This document shows, piece by piece, positions 24,801 through 37,587 of a DNA stretch of 64,000 nucleotides. The notes under the pieces were generated by a model, which saw nothing but the letters and a program-made list of their open reading frames with translations, was not told the DNA's origin and made no database searches. Where the stretch lies: contig NC_045696.1 in the NCBI RefSeq assembly GCF_009834535.1, positions 81,532,001 to 81,596,000 on the forward strand, in the 5' to 3' direction. The stretch is from Camelus ferus. Taxonomy: Eukaryota. Within the stretch, counting starts at the first letter, position 1; every line of letters begins with the position of its first letter. Position numbers and translations under genes: made by a program.

Positions 24801-26903
24801 GGGGATGTCTTATCCCAAATGCTTGGTTCTTCCACGTTGCCTTCGTCTTTCATCTTGGTTCCATCTCCCATTGTCCCTACTCCTTGCTCCTTACATCTTG
24901 TTGCATATCTGTCTCTCCAGAAAGGTACAAGTTCCCAACCTCAGGGATTTTCTTCGATGTGCTATTTCCAGAGTTCTTCCTTTCAGCCAGATGCAATGTA
25001 AGAGGAGTAGAAAGGAGGGCTTACAATGAAAGAAAGCAGAGACAGAAAAATACCATAATATAAGGGACAAAATAGACACAAATGAGGGCAGTTAGGTTAT
25101 GGGGCATAATTTTAAGGTAGGGATCCTGTATGGGGAAGTTCTTTATATACTGAAATGAAACCATGTTCAAGAGATACTGTTAAGTGTAAAAACAAGGCAT
25201 GGAACAGTGTAATCCAATAGTGTGTTCCTACTTGCTTTAGATACTAGGGTCTAAGAATTTACGTGCATTGCTTGTGCACCACATACCTCTGGCAGAACCC
25301 CGGGAGCCCTGCCCCTGGAGAGGAAAGCTGGGGAGTGGGAAGAGGGGTGTGAAGTCTTTTCACTCTCCAGCCTTTTGTTCCGTCTGAACTGTCAACGACA
25401 TAAATGTGTTGTCTGTTTGAAAGGAGGCAGGTAAAATATATTAAAATTCCTCTCATATGTGAATGCCTTGTTTTACTCCTTGCCTTACATAATGGTGTTT
25501 TTCTTTTTAGAACCTACTTCCTGCCTTTATTCTAATTGTCCTATTAGAATACGTGATAAAGGACCCCTGAGACTAAAAGGCTTTCTTCTGACAAAATTGC
25601 TAACTGTAAATTTCAATTATCCACAGGCTGAATGTGACAAATCTCTGTCATATAAAATCTTTGCTAAAACATCATGAAAATGAAGGTTATCTTCATTTTC
25701 GTGTGATGTTCGGTGAAAGCTAAGGGTTTGAGGGGTAAGAGGACAGCAGTTGTTTCCAGGCTTCACAGAATTAGTGGCAGGGCTGGGGAAAAAAACTAAG
25801 CTTTTCTATTTTTCTTTTCTTTGTTTTTTTCCAAAAGAAGCAGCTCATTGTATCTGGGCTCCCACAGCTATATAGCTAAAATCATTTTGGCTTTTTTTTT
25901 TTTTTTTTTTTTTGCTGTACTTTAATGAAACTCAGAATGATTCACTTGGAAGAGTGGTCTTAACGGCAAGGAAAACAAACACTTTATGAATACAACATCT
26001 ATAAGCCTGAGCCTCCCATCTTTCATCTTGGCTGTTTTCTCTGAGTCTGGCATGAAGCAGACACACACCAGTCTCCACAGGGGTTAAACAGAGAACCATC
26101 CAAACATCACAGAGCGCTGTCCAGAAGCTTGATGACGTCCGCTCCCCGATTCTGGTGCACGAGGCCTGGCTCGCGATGCAGAGACCACGGTGTCCTGGCC
26201 GGGACGGGCCCTCGCAGTGTGTGCCAGGATCAGCAGCCCTCCTCAGCTCCGGCACAAGGCGCACACGTCTCAGCACAAGCCTCCGTCCTTTGTCTAGGGA
26301 ACCGAACACAAGCAGCTTGTTCCGCATGTGGCTCAAGGTCCATGTCTGCTCAGTCTTAGAGCAGGGTCTTTGCTCCCATTCTGTTTTAGGTCAACGTTCA
26401 GCACCTACTTTAGCTCACTTGTTTAACTCTCTAAGCTCTTACTTCTGTGTATTACCGAAGGTAGGGACGGGGTGGGGGAGAACCAAAGGATCAGGACGAA
26501 GCTGGGGACTCAGGCATGAGTTCCTGGGTCTTCAGATCTCAGTGACAGGAACCCTCCCTGGAAACTGAACTCTAAATCCAAAGCGGTTGTACGCCGGTGA
26601 AAAAAATACTATACAGGGGTGCACTGAACACTAATAGTAGTTTGTTTTGAGTGGGGTTGTGGGTAGTGTCTGTATTATTATTCTTTATAGCTTTTTGTAC
26701 TGTTCACATTTCCTACTGTGAACCCACCACTTAGTAGGTCTGTAAGCTTGAGTAGTTATTTTGTGGAATCTCTCTTTTAAGGAATCCTTAGAGTGGAGAC
26801 AAGAGTAGAAACGCTTAGGGCTGATGGAAGGGCGACGTGAGCGCGTACAGTGTCTGCCTGACTTGCAGTTGTCTCTCCGTGAACACGGGCCTCCTCACCG
26901 CGG

Positions 26904-26948
26904 TGCTCTTCTCCGCGCTGCTCTTCTCCGCGCTGCTCTTCTCTGCGC
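26904..26948. repeat. 15-bp tandem repeat (TGCTCTTCTCCGCGC) x3
   Basis: Units at 26904-26918, 26919-26933 and 26934-26948 (one mismatch in the third). Confidence 0.92.
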
Positions 26949-27029
26949 TCTCCTTTCCTTACCGGCCCGCAGTTTGATTTAGGACCAGCTGGGAGGGTTA
27001 CCTCTGTGTCAGCAGATCTGCGCTTGTCA

Positions 27030-27203
27030 GGTTTCAGTGTGCATCAGAATCACCTTGAGGGCTTGTTGAAAGCAGACTGCTGGGGCCCACCCCTAGCGTT
27101 TCTGATTCAGCAGACCTGAGGTGGGCTCTGAGGATTTGCCCTTTTAACACGTTTCCGGTGATGCTGATGCCGCTGGTCCAGGGAGCACACGTTGAGAACT
27201 GTG
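27030..27203. mobile_element. MER5A-type hAT DNA element (similar copies at ~29525-29695, ~35850-36000, ~37970-38130)
   Basis: gcatcagaatcacc...tttctgattcag...ggtgatgctgatgccgctggtcc...ttgagaac. Confidence 0.8.
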
Positions 27204-28484
27204 GATCTACAAGCTGCACAAGAATTAATTTCAAATTATTCTAAACATAAATATCTGATCTCTGTCCTTCCTCCCTCTGTTTCTCCTTTCCTCCTCACTC
27301 CCACTTTCCCCCGCCCCCATATTTGGAGGTATAGAAACCACCAAATTCTGTATGTCTCACCTCCATATGTTTTGTCAATAGCTCAAGTCTCCTCTTATGT
27401 CAAAAAAACAAAACAAAACAAAACAAAAACAAAAAAACAGAAGGGAGCAATAATGTTGTTTTGCTCTAAGTATCTTGTTTCATTCAGATACCAATAGAAA
27501 GAGAAACAAGCATTCTCTGGACAGTCCCAAATCTGAACTGAGATTGTCTACTAATAATAGAAAGACAGTCTCTTTGATGACTTGATGCTTAAAAAAAGTT
27601 GGAAGCTCTATGGGCATCCTGGTGCCAGGGAATATTTTTTATATTTAGTGTTTGTTTAATCTTTTATCAATATAAATATTTGAAAAATAAAATGGTCAGG
27701 AAAATGGCTTAGGAAAATATTTCAGGTCAGCACTTGGAATAGCAGCCATGTTCAGCTTGAAGCCTGAAAAGGCCCTCTTTGTCCTCCTAAACTGTGTAGG
27801 AGGGAATGTGTTTGCTTGAGATTCCCAAACCCCCGAAGCTGAACGCAAGATGGTGTGTTTGCTTATGTGCCTTATGTGCGTTTTTGGGGGAGGTTTCTGT
27901 GGCCTTCAATGGATAATCAAAGGGATTGTGACTCAGAAGAGATCAATACTACCATGGGGACTTGCTTGATCACAAGCTACTTGTTAGTTTCTTGATGAAG
28001 AGAGCAAAGTCCTAGTATGGGAGAGGGAGCTGGAAGCATGAGCTGGTGAGTGGCCAACTGAAAGATGAGTGAGGACCAGTGAGCTCTGTCAAGGAGCCAT
28101 AACCACTGTATGTCCCTTCTTTGTAATATATAGTTAATAAAGATACTCACCTAGCTGAGTTGTCAAGGTTAACGGGATGTTTGCAAAGCCCTTAGTAGAG
28201 TACCGGGTATATGGTAGATGCTAAATACATGGCAGCCAGCAGCAGTGGAAGCTGTGGTTGCTGGAAGGCTGGCGTGCCTTCTGGTGTTGGAAGCAAAGAT
28301 CTTCAGCACGTCTTTGGTTCCAGCTGAAGGATCAGAGGTCTCCCTCTGTGAGGTAAGGTTATTACCTGCATTTTACAAATCAAACTGAAGCTCATTTTCA
28401 AAAGGACTTAGGGCGACTTGTTATTTTATGCTGTGTTCACTTATTAGAGCCATATTTTCTGCCAGTACAATTGTATCATATCCT

Positions 28485-29030
28485 TATAATGCAGGAAAAC
28501 AGATGTGGGGCATGAGGAGGGCTGTGTCCCAGGTCTCGGTTGAGCCCCTGGGACGTGCCCCGCCAAGTGTGGGTCCTTGGCTTCGAGCAGGAAAGAATTC
28601 AAGAGCGAGCCATAGTTGAGTAAAGGTAGATTTATTCAGCTACATTGAAAGGCAAGAGAAAGGCCACAAGGTGTGGGGGTTGGGTGCTCAGATTAAAAGT
28701 AGGTACACATTCCATAGACAGAATGCGGGCCGTCTCTTGGGAGGGAGAGAGAGAGAGAGAGAGAGAAATAAGGGGAAGGGGCTGGGGTTCCCAGGAAGTT
28801 GGCCATTTCCCACTCTGTGGCCTTTTGTGGCTAGCCTTGGGACTGCCCTGGTGCCTGTGGGCGTGTTATTCACCATGTTAACATATTACAATGGGCGTGT
28901 AATGAAGCTCAAGAACTACTAGAATTGAAATCTCTCATCAAGGCCTACTGGGGGTTGAATCTTTCACCATTTAGATGTTAATTGCTGTAGCATTCCTTGA
29001 ATGGCTGTGCCCTGCCCTCTTCCTGTCTCA
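28485..29030 (-). mobile_element. ERV1-type solo LTR
   Basis: ggtccttggcttcgagcaggaaagaattcaagagcgagcca, antisense polyA signal tttatt, ends cctgtctCA. Left edge uncertain. Confidence 0.75.
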
Positions 29031-30043
29031 ATTATGTAAAATTATAAACATTTCATCCACTGTGCTTTGTAGGAAGCACTGTGATTTCCAAGCACTCAAC
29101 CTCTCCAACAAGTTTGAAAAGCACTGGCCAAGGTGGTGATTTGGAAATAGCTGGGCAGCAGCCGAGAACCTTAATTGTTTGGTTCTAAACTCTGTGCTCT
29201 ACCCAGTGAACCGCAGCCCTGGCTGGGAGTAACTCTTGTCTCCCCGTATTGTGGGCTCTGGAATTAGTTTTGCATTTAAGCAAAAACTTAGCTAAGAAAA
29301 TGGAAATATAATACACACCAACACACACAAAACAGCAGAATACACATGCTACTTAAAAGGTTTTTTCCTTAAAAAAGTAAAAACAGACTCTGAATAAGGT
29401 AATATTTTAACTTATGCCATGGAGGCTGATGGTAACACTCAGCAGGAATGCTTTCTGTTACTCCCAGCTAATGAATCTCATGCATTTTCTCAGTTCCTTC
29501 TCTTAGCCATGGACCTCACAAACCAGCAGTTCTTGCTACTCAGCCTGTGGGCTGTGCACATTATTGTCAGCATCCCCAGGGAGCTTGTTAGAAATGCCGA
29601 ATCTCAGGCCCACCCCCACTGCTGAATCAAAATGTGCATTTTAATAAGATCCTCAGGTGATTCATATGCATGTTAACATTTGAGAAGCATTTGTTTAGGT
29701 AACCAAAACATTCTTCTGGGGAGTGTGAGGGCAGCTCGAGGGCATGGAGATGGCTTGCAGTTTCCTGCCTTTCTTCCTCAAGTGTGCGAGTCAGTGCTGG
29801 GTGTATCTCTCTCGGCTCTCTGGAACTGTACCCTGGTCCTCCCTCTGTGGCTCCTGGCTCATTGCTGCATCTGAGGATGAGCCCCCACTTTGACCAGGGT
29901 TAATTGCTCCCTTCTTCTGAAAAGCCCAGAGCCTAGAGAATCAGAAACTAGGCAGAAGCAATCCTTTGTTTCACCAAAATCTTTCTGGTTGGGCACTACT
30001 GGGCAGAGTGTTCAGGCCGCACGGCCTGTGGCAGAGCTGCTGG

Positions 30044-30100
30044 AGGAAGCTGGAAAGGACTCGAGGAAGGAAGCTGGAAAGGACTCGAGGAAGGAAGCTG
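30044..30100. repeat. 24-bp tandem duplication (AGGAAGCTGGAAAGGACTCGAGGA) x2.4
   Basis: Identical units at 30044-30067 and 30068-30091. Confidence 0.92.
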
Positions 30101-30431
30101 CAACTGAGGACTCTCACCCGTTATTAGGAGCTTGCTGGAGGAAAGGAGAGTTTAGGAAGTGATGAGTGAAGGGAGAGAGACTAACGTTGGAACTGTGTTT
30201 CAACTTCTTGTTTTAACCCCTTGCTGGGGTCCTGTTCTAGTTTTAGGTGAGCCATTTATCTCATAGAACTGCGTTTGGTCAAAGTGCTTTATCCCAGTTT
30301 CAGGGGTGCTGATTTTCAGGAAGCATACTTGCACTGCAGAAGCCAATTTGATTCCATTATTGGCCAAGAACAAGTTGACCATGTGGATTCTGGGACTATC
30401 ATTTCAACGTCACTATTACAAAGAGTTTGGA

Positions 30432-30433
<2 letters not shown>

Positions 30434-30495
<62 letters not shown>
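30434..30495. repeat. (TTA)~21 microsatellite
   Basis: Directly visible. It explains the poly-I/L/Y/N ORFs in the track. Confidence 0.97.
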
Positions 30496-30873
30496 GAAAT
30501 GGCCCCCAAACTTGGGTGTGAGACACCCCAAGGGACAGAGATGATGATGGCAGCTCCCCAAAGAAACGACGAAAGAAGGCATGTTGAGGCCCTGTGGATG
30601 GACGCCAAGGAAGCCAATCCCAGGGGGTCCTTTGACATAAGGAGCCCTGTGACTCTAGCAAAAAGTCCACGATGGTCTCCTCCCAGGCTTGGGGAGGCTG
30701 AGTGACTTGGTGGAGGTCATGGACCTAAAAAGAGGCAGAGCTGGGACTGGAACCAAGTTAGGTGGGTTCCTTGGCTTGGGAACGTCCAGGCCAGGAAAAA
30801 AGTTTGCTTCTCAAACTTTAGCTGCCTCACAGTCACCTCATAGGCATTACCATGTTTTTAATTTCCCAAGGTA

Positions 30874-31450
30874 TAAAGAAGGATTAACAAAATGGCCACA
30901 TTTAGACTAAAAGATTGCTTATTCTTATGCTTGGCCTTAAAACGGTCAACTGACCTGACTGACCCATTGCTAAAACTAAAGCTATTGATCCTACTATTTC
31001 TACTTTATTCCAGAAATCAAAAGCTATGATCATGCTTGGTCTCTGAGCTGATCTCCAGGGAAAAAGTCACAGAACTGTAACCTTACAAAGTAAGCTAAAT
31101 ACCAAAGAGACCATGCCTTGAGTGCTTAGGAGATAAAGAGATCAAAAAAGTGACCACGGCTGGCCTGTATAGAACTGGTCGCCTGGAGGCATCATGAGGC
31201 CATTCTGAGTCTTCTGATGAGAAAATGGTTCTGTTGATTGTTATCAATGCTTTATTGTTTGAGCTATGGCTATATAACCACCTCACCCCATCCCCAAGGG
31301 GGGTTCACAGTGTTGAAGGCACTAGCCTGCTGTGAGTCCCCTTTGCCAGCAAAGTAATACAGCTGCCTCTTCTCTTCTACGGGTCCCAGTCGCTGAGTTA
31401 TTTGGCTCTTCAGGGACGGGGTGGGGGTGGGGGCCGATCTTTCGGCAACA
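30874..31450 (+). mobile_element. ERV1-type solo LTR with 4-bp TSD GGTA
   Basis: GGTA at 30870-30873 and 31451-31454. TATATAA-like box near 31271, variant polyA signal aagtaataca, ends tttcggcaaCA. Confidence 0.8.
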
Positions 31451-33162
31451 GGTAGGCTTGAACTACAGCAGAGAACAATATTGACACATAATAGACATAG
31501 GAATGGTCAATGTATTCGTTCTCAGATTTCTCCTCCCTTCCTAGCTTCTCAGTGGGGGTGACTCTGGCTTGATGGTCAACTCCCAGGTTTTTTTCTATAG
31601 CACTGAATACTGGAACCAGGCAAACGGACAAACTAAAGGAAGCCAGGGAGGCTAAATTGATGTACACAATGAAATGTTAAAAGGAGATATATTAAAAAAT
31701 TCACTTTGGCTGGGCATTGGAAAAAGTCATAGAGGAGACTTGGGAGTAAGGCACCTTAGAGAGTGAGAGGCTCTGGAATAACCACGGGAGGTGAAGAGGA
31801 GGAGAGGAGAAAGGTTCCGTGAGCTATGGACCAGATGCCTGTCATATCCTTCAACAGATGCAGTTAGAGATTCAAGTGTCCTGTTGCTCCTGAACTGTTT
31901 GTTTGAGTGTAATATCACCTGAGTCTGGGCCACGTGGGTCCCAGGACTGACTGGAGACAGAGAACTGGTCTTGCAGTAGTGATGATGGCTTTATTCTGAC
32001 TCGTCCACATCTTATGGTCCAGTTCTTGTTATAACAGGTAGCAAGACAGCGAGCTGGGAAAGCTATATCAGGATAGCAAGGAAATTCAAGGACACTGGTG
32101 TTGCATATCTAACTCTGCATCATTTCTTAATCCTGCACTGTGATTCTTTGTTACCTTCAAACATGCAGTGAAGTCTGTTACATGAAACGGCATTGCCTTG
32201 GAGAATGAAGAAAAGGGTAGAGTGCCCATACTGGGGACAAAGTGATCATAAAAAGGACAGCAGCTCGTAAGAGTATTGATGAGGAAGGCAGAGGAGACGG
32301 AATGAGACCAGGAGTAGAGGTTTGGAGTGGAGAGGTGACAGGTGAGCTCCAGGATATTGCGAGTTCTCCCAGAAAATTTCTGGAGAGCACAGATTTCTTA
32401 AAGTTATAGTTATTTTTTTGGCTACTAAAAGCAAAGATCCCAAAGGCTGGAGACTAGTGGTGCCTCTTAACAGGGGAGAAGAGCGTTGGAAGCTTCATGC
32501 AATTTTTACAAACTCTTGTAACTAATTCAAATGTACATACGATCTGCCTTGAAACAAGAGGGCCCTTATGCTAAGAGACAAGTCACTGGGAGGGCTCAGG
32601 TTTAATGGGAACCAGAAAGTAGTGAAGAAAGAAAAAAGCCTCATAGAAAAGCTGCATTTTGATATGTTCCCAGGTGGATTCACCCCAATCAAAGAGTTTT
32701 GGACAAGGAGCTAAACATCTGGATTACAAGAGAGCCTTAAAGAATGCTGGTATTCACAAAGGACTTCAAAGCCTGATTTAATGTAACCAGTTAGTTTTTA
32801 GACTGAAAAATCATCTGCCTGGCTCTGAAATATCTGAAGAGCAATTTTACATTCAAATGTGCAGCAACCAGACACAAGATCAAATCCCCCTATTTTCTTG
32901 AGGCTTCAGTTTTGCTGGATCCTATCTTTAGAATGGAAAGAAGTAGCCTATTTTTTTTTTTACAATATATCACAATTATATTCTTTATTATGTAATGTCA
33001 TATATATTGTTATTATATGATATATCATAATATCATAAAAATAGCCTGGATCAGCAGCCCAGGCAGGATGCCTGAAGTGACCAGGCCCAGAAGACAGATG
33101 CCCACACCTGCAGTGTGATTTGCAAAATAGTTCTGCTAAGGTGCCCAAATTCCCGTTCATTA

Positions 33163-33622
33163 GGTGAATGAAAATACTGCAACCATATCAGTAAACAAAG
33201 AGTGCTGAAACTAAGTCACCAGCGGCTGCCGCCACCCCCCCAGTGAGGACAGACCTGCAGCCCAGCCTCTGTAGCCACTCACAGTGGTGCACTCTGAGCG
33301 GACTCAGAATAAGAAAGGACAGGATAGGTGCTTGTCAAAGGAATGAATTCAATGAGCCCAAACGTTTGCTTCCTCCCATACATAGAAGAGCACTAAATTC
33401 TTTAACTTGAGATGCCTGTTTTTCTTGGTAGATAACAAGCAATCTTTTAATGTTCCAACTACCCGGTCTTTGTTGTAAAGCTCCTATACATCCCAGCTCC
33501 TCCCCTACCCCTTTGGAGCAGTCCCTCAGGGCGATCTGAGGGGCTGTCATCCCGGCTCGCGTCCTCCCACCAAGTAAAACATAACTCTCCACTTTTAGTC
33601 TGTGCGTTTATTTCAGCAGACA
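33163..33622 (+). mobile_element. ERV1-type solo LTR with 4-bp TSD ATTA
   Basis: ATTA at 33159-33162 and 33623-33626. Ends tttcagcagaCA. Homologous to the antisense copy at 10653. Confidence 0.8.
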
Positions 33623-33771
33623 ATTATAAAGGTCATCTTACCCAGGAGGGTGGTACCTTAGTTCAGGTAGGTTGCAGGTGAAAGGGCTCTGGAGTCACAC
33701 AATCCCACCTCCAGCATTTACTAGTTTAACTTCTCCGCCCTCAGTCTCCCCAACTTAAGAGTAACACCACA

Positions 33772-33902
33772 GGGGGAGGGTATAGCTCAAATGGTAGAGC
33801 GCATGCTTAGTGTGCATGAGGTCCTGGGTTCAATCCCCAGTACCTCCTCTAAGAATAAATAAACCAAATTAACTACCCCCACCACCCACAAAAGAAAAAA
33901 AA
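33772..33902 (+). mobile_element. Camelid tRNA-derived SINE (vic-1 type)
   Basis: ggggagggtatagctcaaatggtagagcgcatgcttag...gggttcaatcccc, A-rich tail, TSD AAGAGTAACA at 33757-33766 and 33903-33912. Confidence 0.92.
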
Positions 33903-36900
33903 AAGAGTAACAGGGCACAGTGCCTGGAACTCAGCACAGTTACAGTAAACGCTCGTTTCCTGCTCCCGTGGGTGGTAAGGGCGGGAGAGTTACTCACTAG
34001 CTCACTGAGAGGGAGCAAAGGGGTGAATCTCACGTACAGGCCTTGAGGGAACGGGACAGATGGAGGCCAAGGTGCTGAGGAAGACGGTCCTGAGTCTGGG
34101 CCTGTCTCTGAAACCTCTTGGGTGTCAAGCCTGGTCTGTAAGCTGCATAAACAAAATGCGTCACACGTTCCATTTTTCAAAAGTATGTGGATGCTCTGAT
34201 GGCTCTTAAAAATTCACAAAAAGTCAGTTTTGAATTTCTGGTAGCTTTGGTCGTTCCAGATGTTCTCCAGCAACCGGTGATGAAAGCACAGCTTCTCAAC
34301 AGAGGGCGCGCCTCCTCCCCCCCCCCCCCAGTTTTGTTTTGTTGTTTCTTTAAATAAAAAAGCAGCCTCAGATTGGAAAAAGCTGGCACTGTCAGATCTG
34401 GGACTGGAGTCTTGTCCTAAACTGAGGAGGCAGGAAGGCTTTGAGTGCCTGGGTGTGGGGACTTAGGAGGGAGAAGGAAGCTGACAGCAGGAGAACATGG
34501 TTCTGAAAAATGTAGCAGGGTCGGGTCTGTCAGGCCATCCCCAGAGAAGATGCAAAACGGCAGAAAATGGCGAGATCCTCAAGGCAACCCTGGCTGTGTG
34601 TGGAGTAAGCAGATTCTGCAGGGAACCGGGAGACCTGAAATTCCTTCAGCAAGAGACGCAGTTCTGCTTGCTTTCCCCCTCACAGGCTCCGTTTCCTTTG
34701 TTTTCTTCTCTGCAAATCTTCCCTTCTTTCTCAGTTCCTCTTCTTTTCACACCCACAGAGAACCAGATTCTAGTAGTGAGAAAAACTTGTGAAACAAATA
34801 TTTGGGTTGTATTATAAATCAGTTGTCATTTGTTTTCTGTTTCCTCTGACTGTTGACATCAGCCTGGCTTTATTTGGAGAGGGGGCTACACACTCAGGAC
34901 TCAGTGCAAGAACCAAAACAGAGATGACTCCACAACATGCTCAAAGTGTTTGCTGTTAAAAGGTTCTCGCTTTGACAGTATACTTTTTAACCATTTGAAG
35001 CTTGCTCTCTGAAGGAGATAAGGGTACAAATGGGGTCTGGCCAATCCCAACCAACTTTGTCGTGTAACAAATTTTATAATTATTTGCCATTCTTGGAACT
35101 TTGAATCACACCGTAGATACAATTTTAAATCTTACTTTGTTGTACAATGAATATTTTATAACATAAAATTCTCCTCCTGGTAAAATTATTCATAGAGGAA
35201 AACATCTTCAATGGTTGCACCATCCTCCAGTGTACAATGTAGCAACATTGATGCAATCACCATCCCTTTGTTGGGGATTTATGTTACTCCCAGTTTCTTA
35301 CTGATATCAACCCTGCTGCAGGGAACATATTTATGAACAAAAGCACCATCTGCATTTGTGACATTTTCTGCAGGATTGTCACTTTGAAGTGGAGTCTTTA
35401 GCCAAAGAATGTGAATGTTTTGAGGATTCCTGGCACATATTGCCAAGCTGTTTTCCAGAAAAGCTGCACTCTCTTATTACTCCACACTCACTACCCCTAC
35501 CCTTGTCTGCAGCCTCCACACCAGCACTGCAAGAATAAAATGTGAAATGCTTGGCATACGGTACTTGGCACCTAGTAGTGACTCAGTAAAAGGTAACTGA
35601 TGATGTTAAGGATGAGCCAGGTTATTCTCATGTTGCCTCTCTGTAGAGGTGCAGGGTTTCCAGGCTCTTCTGAGTTGTCCATCATCTGGACGTCCAGGAT
35701 CACCTGCTTATGTCCCTTCCCGAGGTGCACTGCTGAAGGACTGACTAGCTGTGACAAATTTCTGTGGCTGGGGTCACTGAAAGGAAAATTACTTAGTTTT
35801 ACAGGCTCTGGATTTTTCAGTAGGTGTCCTAAGACTGTAACTCAGCGAGCAGTTCTGAGCTCAGGCTGTTCAATGGAATCAGCAGGGAGCTCTGTAAACA
35901 ATACCAGAACATGGCTTTAGTTGGTCGAGGGTGGGGCCTGGACATTGGCATTTAAAAAATTCTTCCCAGGTAATTCTAACATAAGCAAAGGATGAGCAAC
36001 TTAACCCCAAAGATGAGTCGTTTGGAAATTCCAGGCACCACGTGGCACCTACTGAGGAACTTACCTGGAAGCTTTCTGGTGTCCCTCAAAGATTAGACTT
36101 AAGAATACGAGATGAAACCCTCAGGGACCTCAATCTTCAATATGTTGGCAAGTTATTTGCTAACATCCTGCCTGCTTGAAAGGCCAGATAGATCGATTCC
36201 TTCTAGAAAAGTATTTTTCTCTGCATTTATAATAACTTGTAGAGTGCTTTGTGAGGAAGAAACTGGAACTCAAAGTAGTTAATTAACTTGCTCTCATTCT
36301 CTGCTAGCAAGAGGCTCATTTGGGAATCAAACCCAAGATCCTGAATTCCATGATTTTTCTTCCACACCATGTTGCCCTTAAAAAAAAATTGCATTCATCT
36401 TTTTGTGCTCATGTGACTGAGTATGATTTTTTTTCTTTCCAATATGAGGCTGACTTGGTTCCTCATTTTCAAAGAAGCTTGCCTATAAAAGTGACCCCCC
36501 CACCACCACCAAACAAACAGCAATTGTATTTTGATCAGGTGTTCTGGGTGAGTTCTAGACATGGCCCAAGAGGAATGCAGCTATATCTAGTCATCACTTC
36601 ATAAATATTGATGAAGAATGGTACAAATGTTTAAAGGGAAACTTTATCTGAAGGAGTGTCTTGGAATTCAGCTGTTTCTTTTCATGTTTTTCAGACCTCC
36701 TACCCTGGCACTGAGATCCAAACAGCCAAGGCTGGGCCAGATCCCAGTGTTTGCTCATTACTGTGGCACCAGCGATTCGGTATCTGGTAGGATTCAGGGT
36801 GGGGTGACCCCAGGGCTTGCCGTCCGCACACCCAGTCATTGTTTCTGAGCCATGATGAATATTCATAACACGGTGGCTCTGCAGAAGGAAGTACTGAGTT

Positions 36901-36992
36901 GCAGATTAGTTTGTGAACTCCTTTTATTCTAAATATGAGAAAAGAAAAAGCCCGTCCTATAGCAGAGAAAACTGAGGCAAAAAACCATTGCT

Positions 36993-37587
36993 CTTTATCC
37001 AGTCATCTCCATGTATGTACATGTATAACTGAATCACTTTGTTACGGAAACGACAGGCCAGCCAAGAAACAAGCACCACTCGGAGGGTTGGAGTGCTCAG
37101 ATGTATTACGCCGGCGGGCTCAGAGGGGCTTCTGCTCCGAAGCTCTGAGCACCTCCAAGACATGCGCATGAGGTTTTGTAGCGTAAAGTACAAGCTTGGG
37201 GGATTCGGCCAATAGGCATGGAATGGCTTTAGCAGCATCATTATCACAAAAGTGGAGGCGGGGAGGCAGCAAACCAACATTCCAAAGCCAGATAGTATCT
37301 TTGAAAATCCAGCTGGCTAGCAAAAAACATGAACAGCAAACCAACACTAATTAACTTAGATTTACAAGTTAGTCCAGCAGAACTCAGATCAATATTCCGA
37401 TACTTAGATGTGTGAGTTATCTTGTTAGACCAGCCCAGCCTCTCCTTCACATTCCTAGACTTGTGAGTTATCTTGTTAGATCAGCCCGGCTTTTCCTTCA
37501 CAACTTTGCTGTACACCTGAAACTAACATTGTGAATCAACTACATTTCAATAAAAACCAAAATTTTAAAAATTAAAAAAAACCCCCC
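36993..37587 (+). mobile_element. Short L1 3' tail split by an LTR
   Basis: atgtataactgaatcACTT (to 37039) continues as ACTTtgctgtacacctgaaactaac...caactacatttcaataaaa (from 37503). The same motif is uninterrupted at ~44821-44890. Confidence 0.82.
37040..37502 (-). mobile_element. Young ERV1-type solo LTR (463 bp) with TSD ACTT
   Basis: TG...CA termini, ACTT at 37036-37039 and 37503-37506, retained CpGs, ~51-bp internal tandem duplication at 37405-37502. Confidence 0.85.

Noticed and set aside
30275..30705. ORFs with poly-Ile/Leu/Tyr/Asn tracts
   Set aside because: Artefacts of the (TTA)n microsatellite.
33772..33845. tRNA-like sequence with A and B boxes
   Set aside because: It is followed by a SINE tail and flanked by TSDs, and three more diverged copies are in the window. 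It is a SINE, not a tRNA gene.
37405..37502. Direct repeats superficially like a CRISPR array
   Set aside because: Only two adjacent units with no spacers, inside an LTR, in eukaryotic DNA.
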